Below are positions 17,013 to 25,588 of a DNA stretch of 64,000 nt, one piece after another. The translations under genes were made by a program, and so were the position numbers. How positions within the stretch are numbered: the first letter of the stretch is position 1; each line of letters begins with the position of its first letter. The notes below the pieces were generated by a model. That model saw nothing but the letters and a program-made list of their open reading frames with translations. It made no database searches and was not told the origin of the DNA. This DNA comes from Escherichia coli (GTDB taxonomy: Bacteria; Pseudomonadota; Gammaproteobacteria; Enterobacterales; Enterobacteriaceae), in assembly GCA_025336725.1 (NCBI GenBank), contig GCA_025336725.1_3647.1, one strand, 5' to 3'.

Positions 17013-17423
17013 TCATTTAAGTTTAATACAGTTTTTCAGTTCACGTTCCATACGATCCACAACCCTTTCTGGAACATTGTGGATACTTTTGTTACCGTGG
17101 CGATTCTCCACCACGATTACGGTGTAATTATACCCATTACGGATCGCCATGTCAATATACTCTTGCACATGCTTTTCTTTTGTGAATGTGTTGCTTACCA
17201 CGACACGGTCGTATCCCATACGCATCATATCTTCTATATTATCTTTGCACCATTTTGCAGCAAGTGTGACTTTACTTGCATCCCAGTTGTAATTTCCATC
17301 ATCGTCGTACCAGAACATGTCGTTCTCAAAATGTGGATACAGACCTTCTAAAGATAGCGCATTTGCCAGTGTTGATTTGCCAGACCCTGGTAGACCACGC
17401 ACGATATACAGCATTTTAGACAT
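17013..17423 (-). CDS. P-loop kinase (polynucleotide-kinase-like candidate)
   Basis: Walker A GLPGSGKST right after start; start refined to Met 34 with GGAGGG RBS (track ORF runs to 17522). Confidence 0.45.
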   Translation of the reverse strand: MSKMLYIVRGLPGSGKSTLANALSLEGLYPHFENDMFWYDDDGNYNWDASKVTLAAKWCKDNIEDMMRMGYDRVVVSNTFTKEKHVQEYIDMAIRNGYNYTVIVVENRHGNKSIHNVPERVVDRMERELKNCIKLK

Positions 17424-17502
17424 AGCGACCCTCCGTTTTAATTTTAACGACAGTATACCGTGTTCTTTTGAACATTTCAAGTGTTGACATGATGCTGTTT
17501 GT

Positions 17503-18459
17503 GTGGGAAGATTGTGTAACAAAATGACAAACGAGGAACGTATGATGAAGTATTTTAATGCAGATGATTTAGTGGATAAAGGTCTTGTAACCAGTCGGTA
17601 TTATCCAAATCTCGGATTAAAGATCTACAAATATGCCAGAAAAGTATTCTACAACAATTTATGGCATTTGTCTCCGCGTCTACTGGAGTGCCGAGGCATT
17701 GTTGTCGGTAACGAGGGGAATGTTGTGGCATGGCCCTTCACAAAAGTGTTTAACTTAGGAGAAAACTCCACCAACCTACCTGACAATAAGCTTGTGACGG
17801 CTGTAGAGAAAAAGAACGGGTTCCTTGGCGTGGTATCCTCTCATAAAGGTGAACTATTGTTCTCAACGACTGGGTCTCTTGATTCTCCATATTGTAACCT
17901 TGCAAAGGAAACCATCCAGGAGCAATGTGGCAATTTAGATCTTATCAAGAAGGTTATGGGCCATGAAAACATGACATTTATGTTTGAAATTTGTCACCCT
18001 TCAGACCCGCATATTGTTCATGAGGATCATGGTGCGTATTTGATAGGTTGTAGATACAATGATTCTGGAATAATGCTACCAGAAGCGGCTTTAGACGGTA
18101 TTGCCAAGTATCTTGGTGCAAAACGTCCTCACACTGTGCGTGAAATTCCGTTCAGCTATGCAAAAGAATTAGCTGCAGAAACAAGAGGTGAAGGGTATAT
18201 GATTCGTAAGCCTTACTACCCTTATGATCTGCAGCTGAAGATCAAGTCTCCATACTATTTGGCACGGAAGGCCGTAATGAGGGGTAAAGCTTGGAAGATT
18301 TGGGATGATGATATCTTTAAACGTGTTGACGAAGAGTTTTATGGCATGGTAAACTTCATTCGTAGCAATTACACAGAAGATGTGTGGAACTGCCTCCTGG
18401 AGCAAGAACGTCGTGAGATACTTGACTGCTATTTCCACAACGAGGACTATATGCAATGA
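17503..18459 (+). CDS. ATP-dependent RNA ligase-like nucleotidyltransferase
   Basis: Motif I EKKNGF (KxNG), motif IV GEGYMIRK, motif V LKIKSP; likely start at a downstream Met (17524 or 17542). Confidence 0.55.
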   Translation: MGRLCNKMTNEERMMKYFNADDLVDKGLVTSRYYPNLGLKIYKYARKVFYNNLWHLSPRLLECRGIVVGNEGNVVAWPFTKVFNLGENSTNLPDNKLVTAVEKKNGFLGVVSSHKGELLFSTTGSLDSPYCNLAKETIQEQCGNLDLIKKVMGHENMTFMFEICHPSDPHIVHEDHGAYLIGCRYNDSGIMLPEAALDGIAKYLGAKRPHTVREIPFSYAKELAAETRGEGYMIRKPYYPYDLQLKIKSPYYLARKAVMRGKAWKIWDDDIFKRVDEEFYGMVNFIRSNYTEDVWNCLLEQERREILDCYFHNEDYMQ

Positions 18460-18504
18460 AGAAGTGGAAAGTTCTTTTTAATCATTCCAGCTTAAGGGAG
18501 CTGT

Positions 18505-19113
18505 ATGAAACTTGTGCATGGTGTTGGTGTTAATGATGCAGACTATCCTGTCAGGGTTTTAGACAAGGATACCGGAAAGAGAATCATGTGTCCTTTTTAT
18601 ATGACATGGTCAAATATGCTAGGAAGGTGCTACCTTAAAAACAAGAAATTTGAAGCTTATGCTATGGTAGAAGTTTGTGAAGAATGGAAAATCTTCAGCA
18701 ACTTTAAGCGCTGGATGGAAAAACAAGATTGGCGGGATAAATTTTTAGATAAAGATATCCTGTTTGAAAATAATCTTATATACTGTCCAGAAGCGTGTAT
18801 TTTTGTTCCTCGTGAAATAAACAACTTCTTTGTAGCAAGGGTACCACAAAGAGGGGAGTGTTTGATGGGAGTAAGAAGAAAAGGCCCATCTTTTGCTGCC
18901 TATTGCAAAGATGGGGTTAATGACACACAGGTTTATCTTGGAACCTTTCCCACGCAGATTGAGGCACATATGAAATACTTGGAATGCAAACTGCAACTTC
19001 TTAGAGACTTGATTAGAACTGTAGATGACAGTAGGTTGCTATTAGGATTACGAAGAATTGAGAGTAAGATAGTTTTAGCTTTATCTTCAAAAACACCGAT
19101 AGAAAATTTTTAG
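18505..19113 (+). CDS. AP2-domain protein (homing-endonuclease-related DNA-binding protein?)
   Basis: C-terminal GVRRKGPSFAAYCKDG...YLGTFPTQIEAHMKY resembles an AP2/ERF-type domain; no HNH or GIY-YIG motif seen. Confidence 0.4.
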   Translation: MKLVHGVGVNDADYPVRVLDKDTGKRIMCPFYMTWSNMLGRCYLKNKKFEAYAMVEVCEEWKIFSNFKRWMEKQDWRDKFLDKDILFENNLIYCPEACIFVPREINNFFVARVPQRGECLMGVRRKGPSFAAYCKDGVNDTQVYLGTFPTQIEAHMKYLECKLQLLRDLIRTVDDSRLLLGLRRIESKIVLALSSKTPIENF

Positions 19114-19121
19114 AGGGATGT

Positions 19122-19469
19122 ATGAAAGTCTGGATAGATGATTTGCGTAACCCAGCTGATTACGGACAGGCAGATGCAGTTTGGTTTAAAACTTCACAAG
19201 AGGCTATGGAGTTTCTCAATACTCCTGCTAAAATGTATCGAAGAGTGACAGAGTGGTTTTTTGACCACGATTTGGGTGAAGACTCTGATCAAGACGGGTA
19301 TGCTGTTTTATTGCGCCTGGAAGAGCTATTTGTATTTGGCAAGCCACCTGTTGTTGACAACGTGAAGATTTTCGTGCATACTTCTAACCCATCAGCAGCT
19401 CGTAAATTTATGCTTGCTGCAGATTCGTTCAGAAAGTTTGGAATAGAGATCAAACAGAACATTTACTGA
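19122..19469 (+). CDS. Hypothetical protein
   Basis: 115-aa track ORF immediately upstream of Sir2 with a 9-nt gap. Confidence 0.35.
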   Translation: MKVWIDDLRNPADYGQADAVWFKTSQEAMEFLNTPAKMYRRVTEWFFDHDLGEDSDQDGYAVLLRLEELFVFGKPPVVDNVKIFVHTSNPSAARKFMLAADSFRKFGIEIKQNIY

Positions 19470-19477
19470 GGACACCT

Positions 19478-20239
19478 ATGCGACGACTGATTATTATCTC
19501 TGGTGCTGGCTTGAGTGCTGAATCCGGTATCCCCACCTTTCGATCTGGTAGCACTGCAATGTGGGAGAATTTCAGCATCGATGAGGTGTGTAACATCCAC
19601 ACCTTTGCCAAGAACTACTATAAGGTGCATGACTTTTACAATGCACGGCGTGTAGCTCTGGGTAGTGTTGAGCCCAATCTTGCACATCTCCGGATCGCCG
19701 AGTGGTATTCTCGCTGGTCTGGTCGTGTAATCAACCTGACCACCAATGTAGATGATTTGCTGGAGCGTGCTGGTGTAAAACATGAAGATATTTTACATGT
19801 CCACGGGTATTTGCCAGAAATAGTCTATGAGGACGATGAAGGAAGTAATGTCATTAAAGACGTTGGGTATTCGGAGGTAGATGCAGGAGAGTATATTTGG
19901 GTTAAGCCTAATGTGGTATTCTTCGGAGAAGTTGCTCCAAAGTACACAGACATGTATGACCTATTGACTTCTCTGACAAGCAATGATATGGTTATCCTTG
20001 TAGGGTGCTCAAACACAGTTATCAATTTTAACTGGGAGCTGTTCCCTGCCTGTAACAAGGGCACTAAGCTGTTGATTGTTAACAAATACGACTCACAGCA
20101 TTTGGAGGAGAATGGCATTTCACGTAGTGACATTTACCAGTATGAGGATCGCGGCATTCCTGTTTGGTTTAACGGGGCGGTTGACGCTTTCTCTGATAAA
20201 ACATTTATTGAAACTGTAGAAAACTTCATGGAACTTTAA
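19478..20239 (+). CDS. Sir2-family NAD-dependent protein (no zinc ribbon)
   Basis: Sirtuin signature GAGLSAESGIPTFR, TTNVD, catalytic HG; no CxxC pairs between HG and VVFFGE. Confidence 0.75.
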   Translation: MRRLIIISGAGLSAESGIPTFRSGSTAMWENFSIDEVCNIHTFAKNYYKVHDFYNARRVALGSVEPNLAHLRIAEWYSRWSGRVINLTTNVDDLLERAGVKHEDILHVHGYLPEIVYEDDEGSNVIKDVGYSEVDAGEYIWVKPNVVFFGEVAPKYTDMYDLLTSLTSNDMVILVGCSNTVINFNWELFPACNKGTKLLIVNKYDSQHLEENGISRSDIYQYEDRGIPVWFNGAVDAFSDKTFIETVENFMEL

Positions 20240-20252
20240 AAGGAGACCTTTA

Positions 20253-20966
20253 ATGCTGAATACTAAGTTAATTGACAATCTGGAAAAACTGTCCCAACCT
20301 GAAAACTACCTTTGGTCTGCCAACTGGGTGGAAAACTGGAACCGTGTGGCAGCTAAAGTGAAAAAATCATACACACCATTCGAATTACAGCTTAGCTTCA
20401 TTGAGGAAGAGTTTAATGAAGTTCTGGAAGAGCTGGAGAAAGGTGATGGTGGAGATCATCTGCTAAAAGAGGCCTGCGATCTTCATGTTGTTACAAGCTA
20501 TGCCGCTTATCTTGTTAATGATAATCATGAAAAGTGGTCAAACCTGTTTGATAATCCGCGAGGTCTTAAGTTTAAGATCGGTGAGTTCTATGACACACTG
20601 ATCGCTGCGAAAAACACCTCCAAGCAAAAAGCTTCTGCTTACCGCCTGGCGGAGTTGTCAACAGCTTTGCTATTCCAGCTTCGCGGTGATGTGTGCGGGA
20701 TGATGCGGAAGGTTCTCAAATCTAATGACAGCAAGTTTGCACGGGTCAACCATCTACGGTATTCACACGGTGCCAGTGCAGATATGCCTGCTGAACAACT
20801 CGTAGAGTTAGAGATTAAAGATCTTGAGCGACGCTTCGATGGTCGATATGAAGGTTTTGTTGCTAAAGAAGAATTCTACAACGGTAATAAGGTTATCATC
20901 TTCCTTGACAGCAAAGGTAAGATCATGAAGCCTTCAAGCTTCAAGGATGTAACAGAGTATATTTAA
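20253..20966 (+). CDS. MazG-like nucleotide pyrophosphohydrolase domain protein (putative)
   Basis: EEEFNEVLEELEKGD...KEACDL resembles the MazG acidic motif; C-terminal half unknown. Confidence 0.4.
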   Translation: MLNTKLIDNLEKLSQPENYLWSANWVENWNRVAAKVKKSYTPFELQLSFIEEEFNEVLEELEKGDGGDHLLKEACDLHVVTSYAAYLVNDNHEKWSNLFDNPRGLKFKIGEFYDTLIAAKNTSKQKASAYRLAELSTALLFQLRGDVCGMMRKVLKSNDSKFARVNHLRYSHGASADMPAEQLVELEIKDLERRFDGRYEGFVAKEEFYNGNKVIIFLDSKGKIMKPSSFKDVTEYI

Positions 20967-21029
20967 CAACATAGCCGGGGTTACCCGGCTTTACCTGTTG
21001 TGGAAAGTAGTAAAGTGAGGTAGTTAGTT

Positions 21030-21338
21030 ATGTACAAGCACTCCAGGTATCTTGAAAACGATGCTGTGTTTGGGGATCAGATGAAAGAATTGGTTAAACT
21101 TATAGGCAGGATAGAGGATAAGTTTGACACTAAGATCTACATCGACAGCAAGGTCTTCAACCACAAAATATGGACAAATGTGTGTGTTGGACTACATGGG
21201 GATAGAGATGTAGTAAATTTAGTTGTAATTAAGTTCATAGTGTGGCAGAATAAGACTATAAGTTATTACGATCCACATCTGCTTGTTTACCCGATAAAAG
21301 ATCTATTAGAGAAGGAGGACTGCAATGCCATTATTTAA
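21030..21338 (+). CDS. Hypothetical protein
   Basis: 102-aa track ORF. Confidence 0.3.
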   Translation: MYKHSRYLENDAVFGDQMKELVKLIGRIEDKFDTKIYIDSKVFNHKIWTNVCVGLHGDRDVVNLVVIKFIVWQNKTISYYDPHLLVYPIKDLLEKEDCNAII

Positions 21339-21591
21339 TCTTGCTAAACCTGTAGAAGCACACCAGTTTGATGGAAGCTCTTCCTCAGCATCTGATCTGC
21401 AACGGTGGATTGATACAGGTGAGTTTACATCGTCACCTGTTCGGACCAGAGATATTCGTCGCATGTGTGAGCTTGTCGAGCGTTTGGTAACCTGGTCTTT
21501 TACAGGGGATTGGTTAGTTGACTTTATGGGAGACTGGCTGGTAATGAGTAAAGAAGAAATGTTTAAAATTTTTAAGGAGGAGACTGAGTAA
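21325..21591 (+). CDS. Hypothetical protein
   Basis: 88-aa track ORF. Confidence 0.3.
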   Translation: MPLFNLAKPVEAHQFDGSSSSASDLQRWIDTGEFTSSPVRTRDIRRMCELVERLVTWSFTGDWLVDFMGDWLVMSKEEMFKIFKEETE

Positions 21592-22892
21592 TGCATCAAA
21601 TCAAAACACCCCTGTACGCACTAAACAAAGATGGCAGTTACCAGCAGTGGAAAGTATTCACAGATGGTGAAAAGGTTATCGTAGAGTTTGGCAAGCTTGG
21701 CGGTAAATTGCAGTATAAAGAAACAGTATGCACGCCTAAGAACGTAGGTCGATCCAACGAGACTACAGCTGAGCAACAGGCCGAGCTGGAAGCGATCAGT
21801 AAGTGGGAAAAACAAGTTCGCCTGGGGTATGTTGAGAATATGGAAAATTGCGAGCAGGGTGTTGACCTTTTACCCATGCTGGTGCATGACTACCTGAAGC
21901 GTGGCAAGGCACTTAAATTACCTTGCTGGATCTTGCGTAAGTTAGATGGCCTTCGTCTGCTTGTTGTTTTCCAAAATGGTGAGCCTAAATTTATTTCCCG
22001 TGGTAATAAGTCCTACCCTATTCAAGGAAAGCTTTTAGAGCAACTTCGTTCTTTCCATTCTACCACTGGGATTAAACAACTTGATGGGGAACTATACATT
22101 CATGGTCTTCCTTTGCAGAAAATAGTGTCTCTTGCTAAACGGTGGCGCACACAGGAAGAGATTCAGGCCGAGATCGATAAAGACTACGAGGCAGATAAAA
22201 AACGCCGTCATGCCGCAATTAAGGCAGGCTTATCAACATACAAAAACTTCAATAAGGTAGATATTCCTGTTGATGTTGAGCCTGTTCGTGATGATTTGCG
22301 TTACGGAGGGTATTGTAGCTATGACTTAGAGTATCATATTTTCGACATCCCTAGCGACAAGGTATGGTGGGATCCGGAAACAGAATCTGGACGCTGTAAG
22401 GATCTTATGGATGCAGAAAATACCATTACCACTCTGATGCTTGACCATATCAAGGTTGTTGACGCAGAACTTGCGTACACAGTTGATCATTGCGAAGAAT
22501 CTGTTGGTGTATTCATGTCCGAAGGGTATGAAGGCACTATCATGCGTAACTTCTGTGGTAAATATGAATACGGTCAGCGAACATCTGAAGCGTTGAAATG
22601 GAAAAAATTCAACGACACGGAAGCCAAAGTGGTGGATGTAGAAAAGGATAAGAACGATGAGGGTGTTCTTGTCTGTGTTGACAAGGAAGGTGTTGTTGTT
22701 AAAATGAAGATGAAAGGGACGCACGAGGAGCGTAGTTATGACCGGATGCTGGAGTTGATTGGTAAGTTTGTGACTTTTAAATATCAGGCGCGAACAGAGG
22801 ATAACAACTTCCAGTTCCCGGTGGCTATATGCGTCCGAAATGTTAACCAGACACTTGGGAGGTGCTGGAATAATATAGGGTTTAGTAGGTAA
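21591..22892 (+). CDS. ATP-dependent DNA ligase
   Basis: Motif I KLDGLR, motif IV EGTIMR, motif V LKWKKF. Confidence 0.75.
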   Translation: MHQIKTPLYALNKDGSYQQWKVFTDGEKVIVEFGKLGGKLQYKETVCTPKNVGRSNETTAEQQAELEAISKWEKQVRLGYVENMENCEQGVDLLPMLVHDYLKRGKALKLPCWILRKLDGLRLLVVFQNGEPKFISRGNKSYPIQGKLLEQLRSFHSTTGIKQLDGELYIHGLPLQKIVSLAKRWRTQEEIQAEIDKDYEADKKRRHAAIKAGLSTYKNFNKVDIPVDVEPVRDDLRYGGYCSYDLEYHIFDIPSDKVWWDPETESGRCKDLMDAENTITTLMLDHIKVVDAELAYTVDHCEESVGVFMSEGYEGTIMRNFCGKYEYGQRTSEALKWKKFNDTEAKVVDVEKDKNDEGVLVCVDKEGVVVKMKMKGTHEERSYDRMLELIGKFVTFKYQARTEDNNFQFPVAICVRNVNQTLGRCWNNIGFSR

Positions 22893-23022
22893 CGGGGGTC
22901 AATTGAATGATGGTTTTTCAATTGTCTCCTGCATATGCCCTGATATTCTCACTGTGCAACATAACCATGCTGTGCAGTGTTGTTGATCGGGTTCGTTATG
23001 AGTGAACTGGAGAGTATGGAAA

Positions 23023-23511
23023 ATGAAACTTGATAAAAATGTTCAACGAAAAGCTTTCTTGGATATGATCGCATATTCAGAAGGCACAGATAATGGTAGA
23101 CAACCTACCAAGGATCGGGGATACGATGTCATAGTTGGTGGCAAGCTGTTTAGCGATTACAGCAAGCATCCAGGTGTGTACGTTAAGCTAAATTCTAAAC
23201 TTACCTCCTCTGCCGCTGGTCGTTACCAAGTTTTGGAGAAGTTTGCTAAACACTATATGAAGCAGTTAGGATTGCCAGATTTTGGCCCTGACAGTCAGGA
23301 TAAGATTGCCTTACAGCTAATCCGTGAGTGCAAGGCACTTGATGATATTGATGAAGGGCGTATTCATCAGGCCATTTATAAATGCCGCAGCCGCTGGGCA
23401 AGCTTCCCACCACCACCAGGGGCTGGAAAGCTGTACAATCAGCGAGCAGAAAGTATAGACAAGATGCTGGAGATCTTTAAGAAGGCAGGTGGAGTTGTTA
23501 CAGATGAGTAA
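23023..23511 (+). CDS. Endolysin, lambda R-like lytic transglycosylase
   Basis: QRKAFLDMIAYSEGTDNGRQ...GYDVIVGG...FSDYSKHP closely matches lambda R as I recall it; start refined to ATG after GGAGAG. Confidence 0.8.
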   Translation: MKLDKNVQRKAFLDMIAYSEGTDNGRQPTKDRGYDVIVGGKLFSDYSKHPGVYVKLNSKLTSSAAGRYQVLEKFAKHYMKQLGLPDFGPDSQDKIALQLIRECKALDDIDEGRIHQAIYKCRSRWASFPPPPGAGKLYNQRAESIDKMLEIFKKAGGVVTDE

Positions 23512-24187
23512 CGGGATTGACTGGTGGAGTGTCTTTAGATACGATACAGGCACTGGAAGGTTGTTTTGGAAGTCCCCACCAAAAAACAAACCTCAACTGA
23601 TGGGAAAGGAGGCTGGATGTACTAACATGGACGGGTACAGGGATATAATCTATCGCGGCGTGCATTACTACAGGCATAGATTGGTGTGGGAGATGCATTA
23701 TGGACCAATTCCAGAAGGGTACGAAGTTGATCACATAAAGCCACTTTTCTATTCCGATGGTGTTGCTGATGACAGGATAGAAAACCTACAGCTGTTAACA
23801 CCAGAAGAAAACGCAAAAAAGGCGGCAGATGACGGATGCCTGGCACGCAAGATACCTAAATCTAACACTGGACACTTGGGTGTATATTTTCATGCTAGAA
23901 CTGGAAGGTATGCTGCTTTTGGTAAGGTAGGTCATTACTATAAGAAAGACCTAGGAGAATACGATACCTTAGAAGAGGCCCTTGCTGCTCAAAAGTCTTT
24001 TGAAAGTGGCACGTTTGTCAGGGAATATCGTGGACAGCCTTTAGGGAGGGATAAATCTAGAGGTGTCAGATTTGAAGCAGATAGGGGCAAATGGAAAGTA
24101 ACTTTCAGAGGAAAAACGATAGGCAGGTTTGACACCAAAGAGTCTGCTGAAGCGTGTTACGCAAAGGCTCTTGCTGAAAGATTGTAA
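23489..24187 (+). CDS. HNH homing endonuclease with AP2 domains
   Basis: HNH core VDHIKP...NLQLLTPEEN followed by two AP2-like repeats (GVYFHARTGRYAAFG..., GVRFEADRGKWKVTF...). Confidence 0.7.
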   Translation: MELLQMSNGIDWWSVFRYDTGTGRLFWKSPPKNKPQLMGKEAGCTNMDGYRDIIYRGVHYYRHRLVWEMHYGPIPEGYEVDHIKPLFYSDGVADDRIENLQLLTPEENAKKAADDGCLARKIPKSNTGHLGVYFHARTGRYAAFGKVGHYYKKDLGEYDTLEEALAAQKSFESGTFVREYRGQPLGRDKSRGVRFEADRGKWKVTFRGKTIGRFDTKESAEACYAKALAERL

Positions 24188-24255
24188 CAGTATCATTGAC
24201 ATGACCACACGGACGTGGTATTGTTTCCTCATAAAATATTAAGGAGGGTTTAACC

Positions 24256-24462
24256 ATGAAAGATTTTCTGTTGGCAATTTTGTTCATGGTAGCATGTTTG
24301 GCCTGTGGTGTCGTATTTGCAGGTGAAACAGCGTACCTTGTCGATGTATATCGAGACAATGGTAAACGTATTTGCCTTTATGAAACAAGCCAAGGTGAAC
24401 TCTATGAGCTTGTGAAACAAGGCGAGGCAGGTTCCTGTCCTCGCACCCATTTCTTTGAATGA
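24256..24462 (+). CDS. Small secreted or membrane-anchored protein
   Basis: 68 aa with N-terminal hydrophobic segment LLAILFMVACLACGVVFA. Confidence 0.35.
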   Translation: MKDFLLAILFMVACLACGVVFAGETAYLVDVYRDNGKRICLYETSQGELYELVKQGEAGSCPRTHFFE

Positions 24463-24474
24463 GCGGGGGATTAC

Positions 24475-24937
24475 GTGGAAGACGGTCGTTTAATGAAGTC
24501 TGAACGCAGGCTTATTGTGCAGCTGATCCCAGAAACAGCTTGGTATAATAACCTACGAAACGCTGTGAAGAAGAGCGAGTGGGATAAGATCCGTAAGAAG
24601 TGCTACAGAGAGGCCAACTACACTTGTGAGGTGTGTGGCGGTAAAGGTAGCAAACACCCAGAATTAGTGTCATGAACTTTACACTTTCGAAGGGGGTGAT
24701 CGGCTTGTAGGACTGATAGCGTTGTGCCCAGACTGTCACACATCGGTGCATCCAGGGTTAGCAAATATCCGTGGAAAGTATGCTCAGGCAGTTAATCAGT
24801 TGGCTAAGGTGAATAAGATCACCAAGGGTATGGCAGAGGCCTATTACCGAGACTGCTTTGCAGAGTGGCGTGAGCTTAGTAAAGTTCCAGAATGGAAGAC
24901 TGACTTTTCGTGGATAGAGGGTTACCTTGATGGCTAA
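24475..24937 (+). CDS. HNH-like zinc-finger nuclease, apparently frameshifted
   Basis: CEVCGGKG...HPELV in one frame continues as CHELYTFEGGDRLVGLIALCPDCHTSVH in the adjacent frame (~24655). Confidence 0.4.
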
Positions 24938-25220
24938 GAAACCTGCAAAAGAGAAATTTGATAAGACAGCTTTTGTATTCGATACACCTTTGGACGATAT
25001 CATCAGAGGTATGCAAGCCTTGTATCGGAAGTCTGAATCTGAGCAGTTGTCGGAATCAGAGCTTTACTGGTTGGGTTGGTGGGAGCTTAATCTGCCTAAA
25101 GCTGAAAGCTCTAATCTAAAAATCGTTAAAACGTGTGCCCAAGAAAATGCTGCACTTGGGATTTACCACAAAAGAAAAAGATCAACAAAAAGCTCTCCAA
25201 GAAAGACTAAAAAGTCTTGA
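24927..25220 (+). CDS. Hypothetical protein
   Basis: 97-aa track ORF, basic C-terminus. Confidence 0.3.
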   Translation: MMAKKPAKEKFDKTAFVFDTPLDDIIRGMQALYRKSESEQLSESELYWLGWWELNLPKAESSNLKIVKTCAQENAALGIYHKRKRSTKSSPRKTKKS

Positions 25221-25279
25221 CAAAAGTGTTATTAATCTGATATTATCGGTCAGATACATATAAACTAGGAGAACTAGAT

Positions 25280-25588
25280 ATGCTTAAAATTTTTATTGTT
25301 GAAGATAAAGATATTGTCCAGTTGTATGCAAACGAGAATCATAAAGGTATGATTCTGAAGAAGGCAAGCAACCTTCATGAAAACACAATTCAACCTGGTG
25401 ATGTAATTAAGATCTGTGGTTATATGATGCCAGACTCCTTGATGAAAATAACCCACCACTGGGGGTCTAATCCGTTCCTTTTTGAAAAGTATTGGGATGT
25501 TGAATCACTTATTGCAGAGAGTGATGATGCATTCCATTACAGCATCCAACCATCTTGCAGAATAACTAACAGGAGGGTCTTTGAGTAG
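25280..25588 (+). CDS. Hypothetical protein
   Basis: 102-aa track ORF. Confidence 0.3.
   Translation: MLKIFIVEDKDIVQLYANENHKGMILKKASNLHENTIQPGDVIKICGYMMPDSLMKITHHWGSNPFLFEKYWDVESLIAESDDAFHYSIQPSCRITNRRVFE

Noticed and set aside
24256-24462. Holin assignment for the 68-aa ORF near the endolysin
   Set aside because: Only one hydrophobic segment and no charged C-terminal tail typical of holins; it is separated from the endolysin by a homing endonuclease gene.
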